From: Woeseiaceae bacterium
GTDB taxonomy: Bacteria > Pseudomonadota > Gammaproteobacteria > Steroidobacterales > Woeseiaceae
DNA: 64,000 bases
Direction of reading: 5' to 3'
NCBI GenBank assembly: GCA_037968735.1
Contig: JBBKWC010000014.1
Location: 68,195 to 132,194, forward strand
This document shows, in pieces, positions 18,146-27,000 of this stretch. A model generated the notes under the pieces. That model was given only the letters and a program-made list of their open reading frames with translations. It made no database searches and was not told the DNA's origin. The translations under genes and the position numbers were made by a program. Position 1 is the first letter of the stretch. Each line of letters begins with the position of its first letter.

Positions 18146-20605
18146 TCAGGCAGCGGACTCGATGGCGACGTCGGTCAATGCGTGGGTCAAAACCTCATCG
18201 ACGGTTTCGACCGGCACAATTTCCAGTCGATCAAGCACTTCCTGTGGCAGTTCGGGCAGGTCCTTCTCATTTAACTTGGGAATAATGACAGTCTTTATCC
18301 CTGCACGCAGCGCGGCGATGGTTTTTTCTTTCAATCCGCCGATCGGAAGTACCAAGCCACGCAGGCTGATCTCACCGGTCATTGCAACGTCCTTGCTGAC
18401 AGGACGGTTGGTATACATTGAGACAAGGGCGGTGAACATCGCGACTCCTGCGGAAGGACCATCCTTTTGTATCGCACCCGCCGGAACGTGGACATGGACG
18501 TCTGACTGATTGATTTCATCCTGACTTATATTCAGATCACCGGCCCGGCTGCGGACGAGACTGTGTGCGGCACGCACGGACTCCTGCATCACATCGCCAA
18601 GCTGGCCGGTCAGGGAAATCTTGCCTTGGCCGGGATATTTTATGGCTTCGATGTAGAGTATGTCTCCGCCGGCCGGCGTGTAGGCCAGTCCCGTGACGAC
18701 ACCGGGCTGGCTTGACCGCAGCTTTTCCTCGCGCACATAGGTCGGCGGGCCGAGTGTTTCCGTCACATCATTCGCCGCGATAGTGCGTGGCTCAGCTTCG
18801 GTGCCCTCAGGCAATGAGGCAATTTCTGCAGCCAGTCCGCGGGCGACGGCGCCGATTGTTCGTTCGAGATTCCGTACGCCGGCTTCACGCGTGTAGTTCT
18901 CGATGATGGTACGCAGCGCGTCGTCGGAAAATGTCACCGTGTCTGACGAAAGGCCGTTGTCACGGAGCTGTCGCCCAACAAGATAATCCTTCGCGATATG
19001 CATTTTTTCAGTCTCCGTGTATCCCGCGATTTCGATGATTTCCATACGATCGCGAAGCGGGGCAGGGACGGTAGATAAGGTGTTGCAGGTCGCAATGAAA
19101 ATGACCTGCGACAAATCAAAATCAACGTCAAGATATCGGTCGGAAAATGCGTGATTCTGGGCCGGATCGAGAACTTCCAGCAGTGCGCTCGCCGGGTCGC
19201 CGCGAAAATCCGAGCCGACTTTATCCAGTTCATCCAGCATGAATACGGGATTGCGGGTTCCGGCGCGGCGCAACTCCTGAATGATTCGTCCGGGCATAGA
19301 ACCAATATAGGTTCGTCTGTGGCCACGAATTTCTGACTCGTCCCGAATGCCGCCCAGGCTCAGGCGAACGAACTCGCGGCCAAGCGCGTTGGCGATAGAT
19401 TGTCCGATGCTCGTCTTACCGACGCCCGGCGGGCCCACGAAGCACAAGATCGGACCGTGCCCGTCAGGATTCAGTTTACGCACGGCCAGATATTCGATCA
19501 GGCGCTTCTTAACTTTGGCGAGCCCGTAATGATCACGGTCGAGCACGGCGCGAGCCTCTGCCAGATCTATTTTATCTTCGCTTACCTTTGCCCAGGGGAG
19601 ATCAGCGAGCGTCTCGAGATAGTTGACGATTACAGAATGCTCGGGACTCGAGGTCGGTGTAATTTCGAGCCGTTTCAGTTCTTTTTCCGCCTGCTCCCAT
19701 GCGTTTTCCGGCAAGCCGTTTTCTTTCAAGCGCTTGCGCAGCGCTTCGGCCTGTTCCTCGACACTACCTTCATCCCCTAGCTCCTTTTGAATGGCGCGCA
19801 TCTGTTCACGCAGATAACTGCGCTTTTGCGCTTCCGTAAACTCGGTCTGAACGTCCGCTCTCAGCTTTTGCTGCAGCTCGCCAATGCGTAACTGATCGTC
19901 AACACTTTTTTGCACGAGCTCAATTCGCTTGGCAACCAAAGTCTGTTCGAGGATGCTTTGTTTTTTCTGCGGCTCGATGCTGAGATTCGACGCCAGCAGG
20001 TCCGTTAGATAAGCCGGATCCTCAATGTTCATAACAAAGGTTTTCGCGTCTCGGGGAATGTTTTCAAGCGTGTCGATAAGTTGCCCGGCCGTCTCCCGCA
20101 AATTTCGCAATTTTGCCTGCCAATAGGCATTCTCGCTGTCGATGGCGGTGTCTTCGAGGAGATCAACGCTAGCCGTAAAATAGGGCTCCGTTTGGAGATA
20201 TTCCTTCGTACTTAATCGCTGCTCTACTTGTACGAGCGCTATCGCGCCGCCTTCATCGGGACGAATGAGCTTTACGACTTGAACGAGAACGCCAATCCGA
20301 TAAAGGTCATCCGCGAGCGGTTCGTCTTCCTCGGCGTTTCGCTGTAGTACCAGGCCGATGTATTTGCTCGTTGGCAGATTGTCCTCGAGCAATTTCAACG
20401 AGTGGTCACGCCCAATAGTAAGCGGTACGACGGTCCCGGGAAACAGCACCGTGTTGCGGATCGGAAGTATCGGTAATTTCTGCAAAACATCAGCAGGAGG
20501 CTTGTCCTTCTTGACGGCATCGTTCCCCGGTTCTGCAGTGCTGGCTGCATCCGGTGACGTCGTTTTTTCCCGATCTAGCGCCTGAAGAGAGTCAGTATGG
20601 GTCAC
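18146..20605 (-). CDS. lon: ATP-dependent Lon protease
   Basis: 819 aa. LON N-domain, Walker A GPPGVGKTS, Walker B FMLDELDK, proteolytic Ser in DGPSAGVAM. About 45-aa N-terminal extension. GTG start. Confidence 0.95.
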   Translation of the reverse strand: MTHTDSLQALDREKTTSPDAASTAEPGNDAVKKDKPPADVLQKLPILPIRNTVLFPGTVVPLTIGRDHSLKLLEDNLPTSKYIGLVLQRNAEEDEPLADDLYRIGVLVQVVKLIRPDEGGAIALVQVEQRLSTKEYLQTEPYFTASVDLLEDTAIDSENAYWQAKLRNLRETAGQLIDTLENIPRDAKTFVMNIEDPAYLTDLLASNLSIEPQKKQSILEQTLVAKRIELVQKSVDDQLRIGELQQKLRADVQTEFTEAQKRSYLREQMRAIQKELGDEGSVEEQAEALRKRLKENGLPENAWEQAEKELKRLEITPTSSPEHSVIVNYLETLADLPWAKVSEDKIDLAEARAVLDRDHYGLAKVKKRLIEYLAVRKLNPDGHGPILCFVGPPGVGKTSIGQSIANALGREFVRLSLGGIRDESEIRGHRRTYIGSMPGRIIQELRRAGTRNPVFMLDELDKVGSDFRGDPASALLEVLDPAQNHAFSDRYLDVDFDLSQVIFIATCNTLSTVPAPLRDRMEIIEIAGYTETEKMHIAKDYLVGRQLRDNGLSSDTVTFSDDALRTIIENYTREAGVRNLERTIGAVARGLAAEIASLPEGTEAEPRTIAANDVTETLGPPTYVREEKLRSSQPGVVTGLAYTPAGGDILYIEAIKYPGQGKISLTGQLGDVMQESVRAAHSLVRSRAGDLNISQDEINQSDVHVHVPAGAIQKDGPSAGVAMFTALVSMYTNRPVSKDVAMTGEISLRGLVLPIGGLKEKTIAALRAGIKTVIIPKLNEKDLPELPQEVLDRLEIVPVETVDEVLTHALTDVAIESAA

Positions 20606-21039
20606 GATAATTCACCCTTTTTCGTTTCTTTAAGAACCGGCAAATGTATCCACAACATGCCGCCTCGATTTTCCGCACGGACGTCGTCTTCGTGAACCTG
20701 CATGGGTAATTTCAGCACCCGTTGAAAAGTCCCGCTTTCGATTTCCATGGCCAGTATCTGGCGGCAGGCGGAGCGAAGTCCCTCGACGAAAAAGTCCGGT
20801 GATGGCCGCTTTCCCTCAACGACGAGCAGTGGTCCGTCGAGCCGAACGGATATAGATCCAGACTCGACGCCAGCGAGATCGAGACATACGTCCAATTGAT
20901 CTTCCCGCAAATAAACGTTCATCGCCGGCTGCCAGGTCGTGGAGGGCCGGTGGAAGCCGCTGAAATGCATCCGCTGAAGCTCGTTTGCCACACCACGGAT
21001 TCGCGTGACGATGTGGGTGACTCGGTAGTCTGTAGGCAT
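20602..21039 (-). CDS. Hsp20/alpha-crystallin small heat-shock protein
   Basis: 145 aa with alpha-crystallin-like core (ISVRLDGPLLVVEGKR ... FQRVLKLP). Its stop overlaps the lon GTG (GTGA). Confidence 0.8.
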   Translation of the reverse strand: MPTDYRVTHIVTRIRGVANELQRMHFSGFHRPSTTWQPAMNVYLREDQLDVCLDLAGVESGSISVRLDGPLLVVEGKRPSPDFFVEGLRSACRQILAMEIESGTFQRVLKLPMQVHEDDVRAENRGGMLWIHLPVLKETKKGELS

Positions 21040-21452
21040 GCGTTGTCTCGATTGTGATTACTGTTTTATTGGGGCGGCTTGCCAGAATGGAAGTCTACGG
21101 CGGTCAAGCCGTGTGATCCGCCACGTAAGGGATTGGTTCATAAACAGAATATGCAAATTATATGCCACGCAAAAAAAGCAATGACGGTACTTTCCGCAAC
21201 CGTTCGGGCGCCGCTTCGACGTAACGATGGTAGCTTGCACCACTCATGGTGTATGTACGATTTACCGTGTCATGTAAGAATCGCAGCGGAGACACAACCC
21301 CGTTAGCTCGCAGATTGATGAGGTGGGGAAATGAACAGGCTATCCACCAGCACGTGTGGCTTTATGGGATGTGACTTGGCGAATGCCGAGTGGCACAGTA
21401 CTTGCAATCTCGACCTGCACTAGCGAAAGATCATTGCCAATTGGAGTTAACA

Positions 21453-22817
21453 GTGTCCATTCTGTCCGTAAACCCTGCCACCGAAAAAACCTTGCAAGAA
21501 TTCGATGCCTTGTCTGATCGAGAAATCGAACAAAAGTTACATGACTCGGTGGATGCCTTCGCCAGGCAAAAATCCAGCAGCTTCGATGAGCGTAAGTCAT
21601 TCATGCACAAGGCAGCTGATTTGCTGGACGCGGAAAGTGGCGAATGGGCGGCGATCATGACCGCTGAGATGGGCAAGACGTTGAGAAGCGCGAAGGCCGA
21701 GGCGGAAAAATGTGCCTGGGTATGCCGCTTCTACGCCGACCACGCGGAAGAATTCCTGGCAGACGAGACTGTTGCAACCGAAGCCACTAATTCCTTCAAG
21801 CGGTATTTGCCGCTTGGGCCAGTGCTGGCAGTCATGCCCTGGAACTTTCCTTTCTGGCAGGTGTTTCGTTTCGCTGCACCCGCATTGATGGCCGGCAATA
21901 CCGGTTTGTTGAAACATGCCTCGAACGTGCCGCAGTCTGCTTTGGGCATTGAGGAGATTTTTCGACGGGCCGGATTCCCGCACGCCGCCTTTCAAACGCT
22001 GTTGATCGGTTCAGATAAGGTGGAACCCATACTCAGGGATCATCGCGTTCGCGCGGCCACCCTTACCGGTTCGGGACAGGCGGGCGCCTCAGTAGCTGCC
22101 ATTGCAGGGAAGCAGATCAAGAAAACGGTATTGGAGCTGGGCGGCAGCGACCCCTTTATCGTGATGCCGTCAGCGGACCTCGAGAAAGCAGTCAAGGTGG
22201 CGGTGACGGCGCGTACGCAGAACAACGGCCAGTCCTGCATCGCCGCCAAACGCTTCATTGTGCACCGGGATGTATTTGGCGAATTTCGCGACGCATTTGT
22301 CGCCGGATTCGAAGCTCTGAAAATAGGCGATCCCACGGCTGACGATACTGATATTGGTCCGCTGGCAACCGCAGATGGACGCGAGGATTGTGACCAACTC
22401 GTGAAAAAGGTCCTTGATGCTGGTGGGCAGCGGCTCACAGGGGCGGAGATTATCGAGGGAACCGGCTACTTCTATCGTCCCGGCATTCTTGAGGTTCCCG
22501 CTGATGATGCCGAAAAATTCGACGACGAAATATTCGGGCCGGTGTCTATGTTATTTGAAGCGCGGAATCTGGAACAGGCTGTACACATCGGCAACGCAAC
22601 ACCATTCGGTCTCGGCTCGACGATATTCACGAACGACGCCGCCGAGCGGGAGTATGCTTGTAACGAGCTTGAGGCAGGCGCGACTTTCGTCAATGCAATG
22701 GTCGCCTCGCATCCAAAATTGCCGTTTGGCGGTGTGAAAGCCTCTGGCTATGGCCGTGAGCTTTCGACCGAGGGAATTCGCGAGTTCACCAACATAAAGA
22801 CTATTTTCGTCAAATGA
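21453..22817 (+). CDS. NAD(P)-dependent aldehyde / succinate-semialdehyde dehydrogenase
   Basis: GTG 21453 follows GGAG. ALDH motifs ELGGSDP, catalytic Cys in GQSCIAAKR, FGGVKASG. Confidence 0.9.
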   Translation: MSILSVNPATEKTLQEFDALSDREIEQKLHDSVDAFARQKSSSFDERKSFMHKAADLLDAESGEWAAIMTAEMGKTLRSAKAEAEKCAWVCRFYADHAEEFLADETVATEATNSFKRYLPLGPVLAVMPWNFPFWQVFRFAAPALMAGNTGLLKHASNVPQSALGIEEIFRRAGFPHAAFQTLLIGSDKVEPILRDHRVRAATLTGSGQAGASVAAIAGKQIKKTVLELGGSDPFIVMPSADLEKAVKVAVTARTQNNGQSCIAAKRFIVHRDVFGEFRDAFVAGFEALKIGDPTADDTDIGPLATADGREDCDQLVKKVLDAGGQRLTGAEIIEGTGYFYRPGILEVPADDAEKFDDEIFGPVSMLFEARNLEQAVHIGNATPFGLGSTIFTNDAAEREYACNELEAGATFVNAMVASHPKLPFGGVKASGYGRELSTEGIREFTNIKTIFVK

Positions 22818-22843
22818 ACGTTTCGTACTAAAGAGGTCACGCT

Positions 22844-23359
22844 ATGAACAAAGTGAAACCGAGAACGACCGTACCTGAACTGAAACTCGACACCGTCGAC
22901 GACGGACGCTGGGAGTTAAAAAAACAAGAGCCGGAACAATTCACCATGATCGTCGTGTACCGGGGCTTGCATTGCCCAGTCTGTAAGAAAACCTTGCGTG
23001 AATTGGACCGCAAGCTCGAGGATTTCACCAGCCGCGGCGTAGAAGTGATAGCAATCAGTGCTGATAGCAAGGAACGCGCCAGGAAATCTCAGGAAGAGTG
23101 GGGTGTCGAGGATCTTACTATTGGCTATGGTATGACCGAAAAATCGGCGCGTGAGTGGGGGCTTTACGTGTCAACGTCAATTAGCGACAAAGAACCGGAG
23201 ACCTTTTTCGAACCAGCGGTGTTCCTGGTACGGCCCGATGCCACGCTCTATGCAACGTCGATTCAATCCATGCCCTTTGCCCGCCCGTCATTCGACGATT
23301 TGTTGAAAGCAATTGATTTCGTCGTCGAAAAAGACTATCCGGCTCGCGGCGAGGCTTGA
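22844..23359 (+). CDS. peroxiredoxin-like (AhpC/TSA, thioredoxin-fold) protein
   Basis: 171 aa with a CPVC redox motif (GLHCPVCKK). Confidence 0.8.
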   Translation: MNKVKPRTTVPELKLDTVDDGRWELKKQEPEQFTMIVVYRGLHCPVCKKTLRELDRKLEDFTSRGVEVIAISADSKERARKSQEEWGVEDLTIGYGMTEKSAREWGLYVSTSISDKEPETFFEPAVFLVRPDATLYATSIQSMPFARPSFDDLLKAIDFVVEKDYPARGEA

Positions 23360-23445
23360 GACTGTCCGCGGAATTACCGGCAGGGAACTGACTGGCGTGC
23401 GCGTCAGCGTCAAATTCTGAGGTACCAGGAAAGGAGGGGCGGGGC

Positions 23446-23973
23446 ATGCAGGAATGGATCCAGATCAGCTGGCAGGAAATCGCCGGCGTCTTACTTTCGG
23501 TCACGGCGGTGTACGCGACAATTATCGTTTTTACGCGCGTCACTGGACTGCGCAGCTTCTCCAAAATGTCGGCTGGCGATTTTGCGATGACTGTCGCTGT
23601 CGGTTCTGTGCTTGGAAGCGCGGTGGTAACTCCCTCGCCGACTATTCTCGTAACCGCCGTTGCACTCGCCGGGTTGTTCGGCGGACAGTGGCTGCTCGCC
23701 CACGCCCGCCGCAAATCAGACCGATTCATGCGCCTGGTAGATAACCGGCCGCTGTTGCTTGTCTGGAATGGCGATATGCTAAAGGACAACATGCGCCGCG
23801 CCGGCGTCACGGAAACGGATATTCGTGCAAAGTTGCGCGAAGCCAATACTTTCAGGCTGGACGACGTCGCCGCAGTCGTTTTCGAAACGACTGGCGACGT
23901 TTCCGTGCTGCACGGCTCCGCGGCCGATGAATTCGATGACTTCGTTTTGGCGGATGTTCGAGCTGCACCATGA
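23446..23973 (+). CDS. DUF421 (YetF-like) membrane protein
   Basis: 175 aa. N-terminal TM helices, then RLVDNRPLLLVWNGDMLKDNMRRAGVTETDIRAKLRE, typical of DUF421. Confidence 0.7.
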   Translation: MQEWIQISWQEIAGVLLSVTAVYATIIVFTRVTGLRSFSKMSAGDFAMTVAVGSVLGSAVVTPSPTILVTAVALAGLFGGQWLLAHARRKSDRFMRLVDNRPLLLVWNGDMLKDNMRRAGVTETDIRAKLREANTFRLDDVAAVVFETTGDVSVLHGSAADEFDDFVLADVRAAP

Positions 23974-24013
23974 GCGCAGTAGATTGCACTAAGGACGACA
24001 ACTAGATCAACGG

Positions 24014-27000
24014 CTATTCGAGATACGGTCTCAGGATTGCTGCGAGTTGACGTGCGCCTTGCGGGTCACTGACAAAGTCGTGTCTGCCCTCGATTGAATG
24101 CAGTGTAAGGCCGCCACTAACATGGCGGGACCAACCCAAATCGGCTGGCCGCCAATAGTGCATCGAATTCCGTGATGCAACACAGAGCAGGACCGCGCCG
24201 TCGTAAGTCTTTGGTCGATAACTCTGAAGCGCGGCAGCGCGAAAGGCGAGCGACCGAGAAACGGCAGGCCGCGGCATAAATGCCTTCTGTAGTCGAACCA
24301 CACTTTCAGTGGCTATATGCTTAATGCCCCGCCTTTTATAAAGGTCCAGCGGGTACCGCCAGCCTTTATTCTCCACAAATTTTCGCCCGCGATTCCTGAT
24401 GCCGAAAATCGTTCTAAGTGCTGCACGTCGGATCAAACTTCGCCTGGATCTCACGATGTCAGGCGCATTCGTATCAACTAAAACCAGCAGCTCAATTTCT
24501 TCGCCACTCCCGCGTAACTGCTGCGCCATTTCATAGGCGATAAGTCCGGCAAAGGACGAGCCGAGCAAACGGTAGGGGCCATGCGCTTGTGTTTCGCGCA
24601 AGCGCTGAATATAGCGTGCTGCCAGCTTTTCAACAGTGTTGGTCTGGAGCGTTGCGTAGTCACTGTCATCTTCAATCCATATGACAGACAAGGAGTTTTC
24701 CTTCGCCAGCGCCTCGGCGAGTTCGCGATAGCTGACAATCCAGTGCAAACAGAACAGCGTTCTCGTGCCATCGACGTTTGCGAACTGTTCGATTGCTGCC
24801 TGTCCTTGCGATCGAACTGCATCGGTCGCGGGTTCGACCGTCCTGCGGTGGCCGACGTTTCGCAAGTCCGCAACAGTGGTTTTGCTCAGCAGAGCAGCGA
24901 GGGCGATGTCAACCTTGCAAGACGCCCTTAGGCTGTTGCGCAAGCGTACCGCCATCAAAGAATCGAGTCCGAGATCGCCAAGAACAGCAGTATCCTCGAG
25001 AACATCAGGATGCTCTCCAAGCAGCTCCGCGAGCATGCCCACCGGGTCGAATGCTTGTGCGTTGACGTCGGTCAGAGGCGCGGCCGCGACCCCGGCTTTG
25101 CGTTTGACGAGTGCGATACCCTGCTGATCGTTGTACTGCAGTAGCATTTTCCAGTCGAGGGGAAGAATGGCAGCCTGACCTGGCCGCATCGCAGTTATGC
25201 TCGAAAGCAGAGACATTGCGTGTGGAGTGGCCAGCGGTGTCCAGCCCTGTCTTAGCGTCTGGTCCGCTGATTTCCGATCATTTTGCCAATGACCGATTTC
25301 CTCCCATGGCGGCCAGTTGATGGACGTACCGGCAAGTCCGCGGTCAGCCCTCTGATTGCAGAGCGCGTCAAAAAAACTCGTCAGGCTGGCGTAGGAAGCC
25401 TGACCCTGAGTACCGAGTACTGCAGCACTCGACGAAAAACAGACGAACTGATCGAGCGCCAGATCATTGCTGGCCGATGCGAGCTGTTGCAGTAAATCAA
25501 ACGCGGGCTGAATCGCGCGGGCCATTCGCTCATCGGACTGCATCGCCAATGCGGCATTGTCCATTGTCCAGGGAATGAAAAAGACGCCAGCGACAGGCAT
25601 CGTGTCACTGGGCAAAAATCGGGGTACGTTCTCTGCAACATCGTTTAGTGCAACGATGGTCACTTTCTCGCCGGCTTTTATGCTGCGCAGGGCCTCGTCA
25701 TCCACGTCAGCAATCGCCAGAGTGACGGCGCCTGCACCGTTGTCCGTCAACCAGCGCGCCACAATTTCAGCTTGTCCGTTGTCTGGTCCGATAACGAGGT
25801 AAGACCGATCAGCTTTAAGCATTGCGGTTTGTGGACCGGTTTGCAGCGCTTTCAGTGTGCGACGGTGACGCATCGCACCGACGTAGATCAATTGTTCACC
25901 GACATCATCGCTCCCGAGTTCGGCCAGGAGTGCACCGGATTGCGTTGAGACATCCGCACGGTGACTGACACTGACGAGTTTGATCGGCCACTGTCCGAGT
26001 TCGTTCATCATTACGCGGGTGATACCCTCGGTGCCAGAGGAGTCCAGCATGGCATGTCCGCCGTCGTTTAAGGTCGCTACGATAAACTGTGCAAGATCCG
26101 GGTTGCCGGACTCCAGCGTTCTGATCACGTCAAAGATCGCAGTCACTCCGGCGGAAAACTGTTGATAGCTCAGTGATGTTTCTGACCCACCGAAATGCAG
26201 AAATAAAATCTGCAACGGGAGAGACTGTGATTTGGCATCCTGCATCGCACTTAAGACCGACTTCGCAACATCGCCAGTGGAAGCGTCGATGTAGTGACTG
26301 CATCGGAGCTGAGAAAGACACGCTTTTGCACAGTCTCGCGACAACGGTCCTGCAGACACGACCAGGGTTGGCAGACTTCGATTGGGCGAGGGCGGTAAAT
26401 TTGCGATGGGATCCAAGGCAATTTCGAAGACATCGCTGCCCAGTTCAGCCTCCGCGAGCACCTGTTCCCTGAGCGGGCGCAGCTGAAAGCCGGTCGCGTC
26501 GAAGATGCAGGCGCCGTTGTCTGTGAACAGCGATACGGCCCCTGCGACGCTGTCCGGGCTGCTGGCGTCTGAGCTGTGAGTCGCTCTTGTCCAGGTGATA
26601 CCTGACGCTGACGGATGTCGATAGCAGATCCGGTCTATGGCGTAAGGCACCCAGGTACGGCGCAGAACCTCAAGGTCCTTGCGCGTCTCGATCGTCGTCG
26701 CTGCGTACAGCGTTTGAAAACCCGCTTCGATTTCCGCACTGGCTACTGCAATTGCCGCGGATGTGGCTCGCGGCAACAATTTTGCGGTTGCGGTCCCTTC
26801 ACTGCTGTACAACGCCGCTATTTTTCGAAACGAAGGGCCTGTATTCCTACCTTGTACCCACGTCTGTGCATAGAAAGTTGCACCGTCTACGGCACCGTTA
26901 CTTTGATTAAAGACTAGCTCATTTTCTACAACGACTGCCGGTAGTTCGAACTGATCGTGCAGACACAGCTTAGCGTTCAGAAACGGTACGGGCGCGCCAG

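Noticed and set aside
21040-21140. Sigma-32 promoter or ROSE-type RNA thermometer upstream of hsp20.
   Set aside because: CTTGAC ... TTCCAT occurs, but the spacing (about 10 nt) is too short for the sigma-32 consensus. The 5' UTR lacks the U(U/C)GCU-SD hairpin typical of ROSE, and the SD itself is weak.
23181-23846. 221-aa minus-strand ORF.
   Set aside because: It is antisense to the DUF421 gene and the peroxiredoxin-like 3' end, is Arg/Ser/Pro-rich, and has no motifs.
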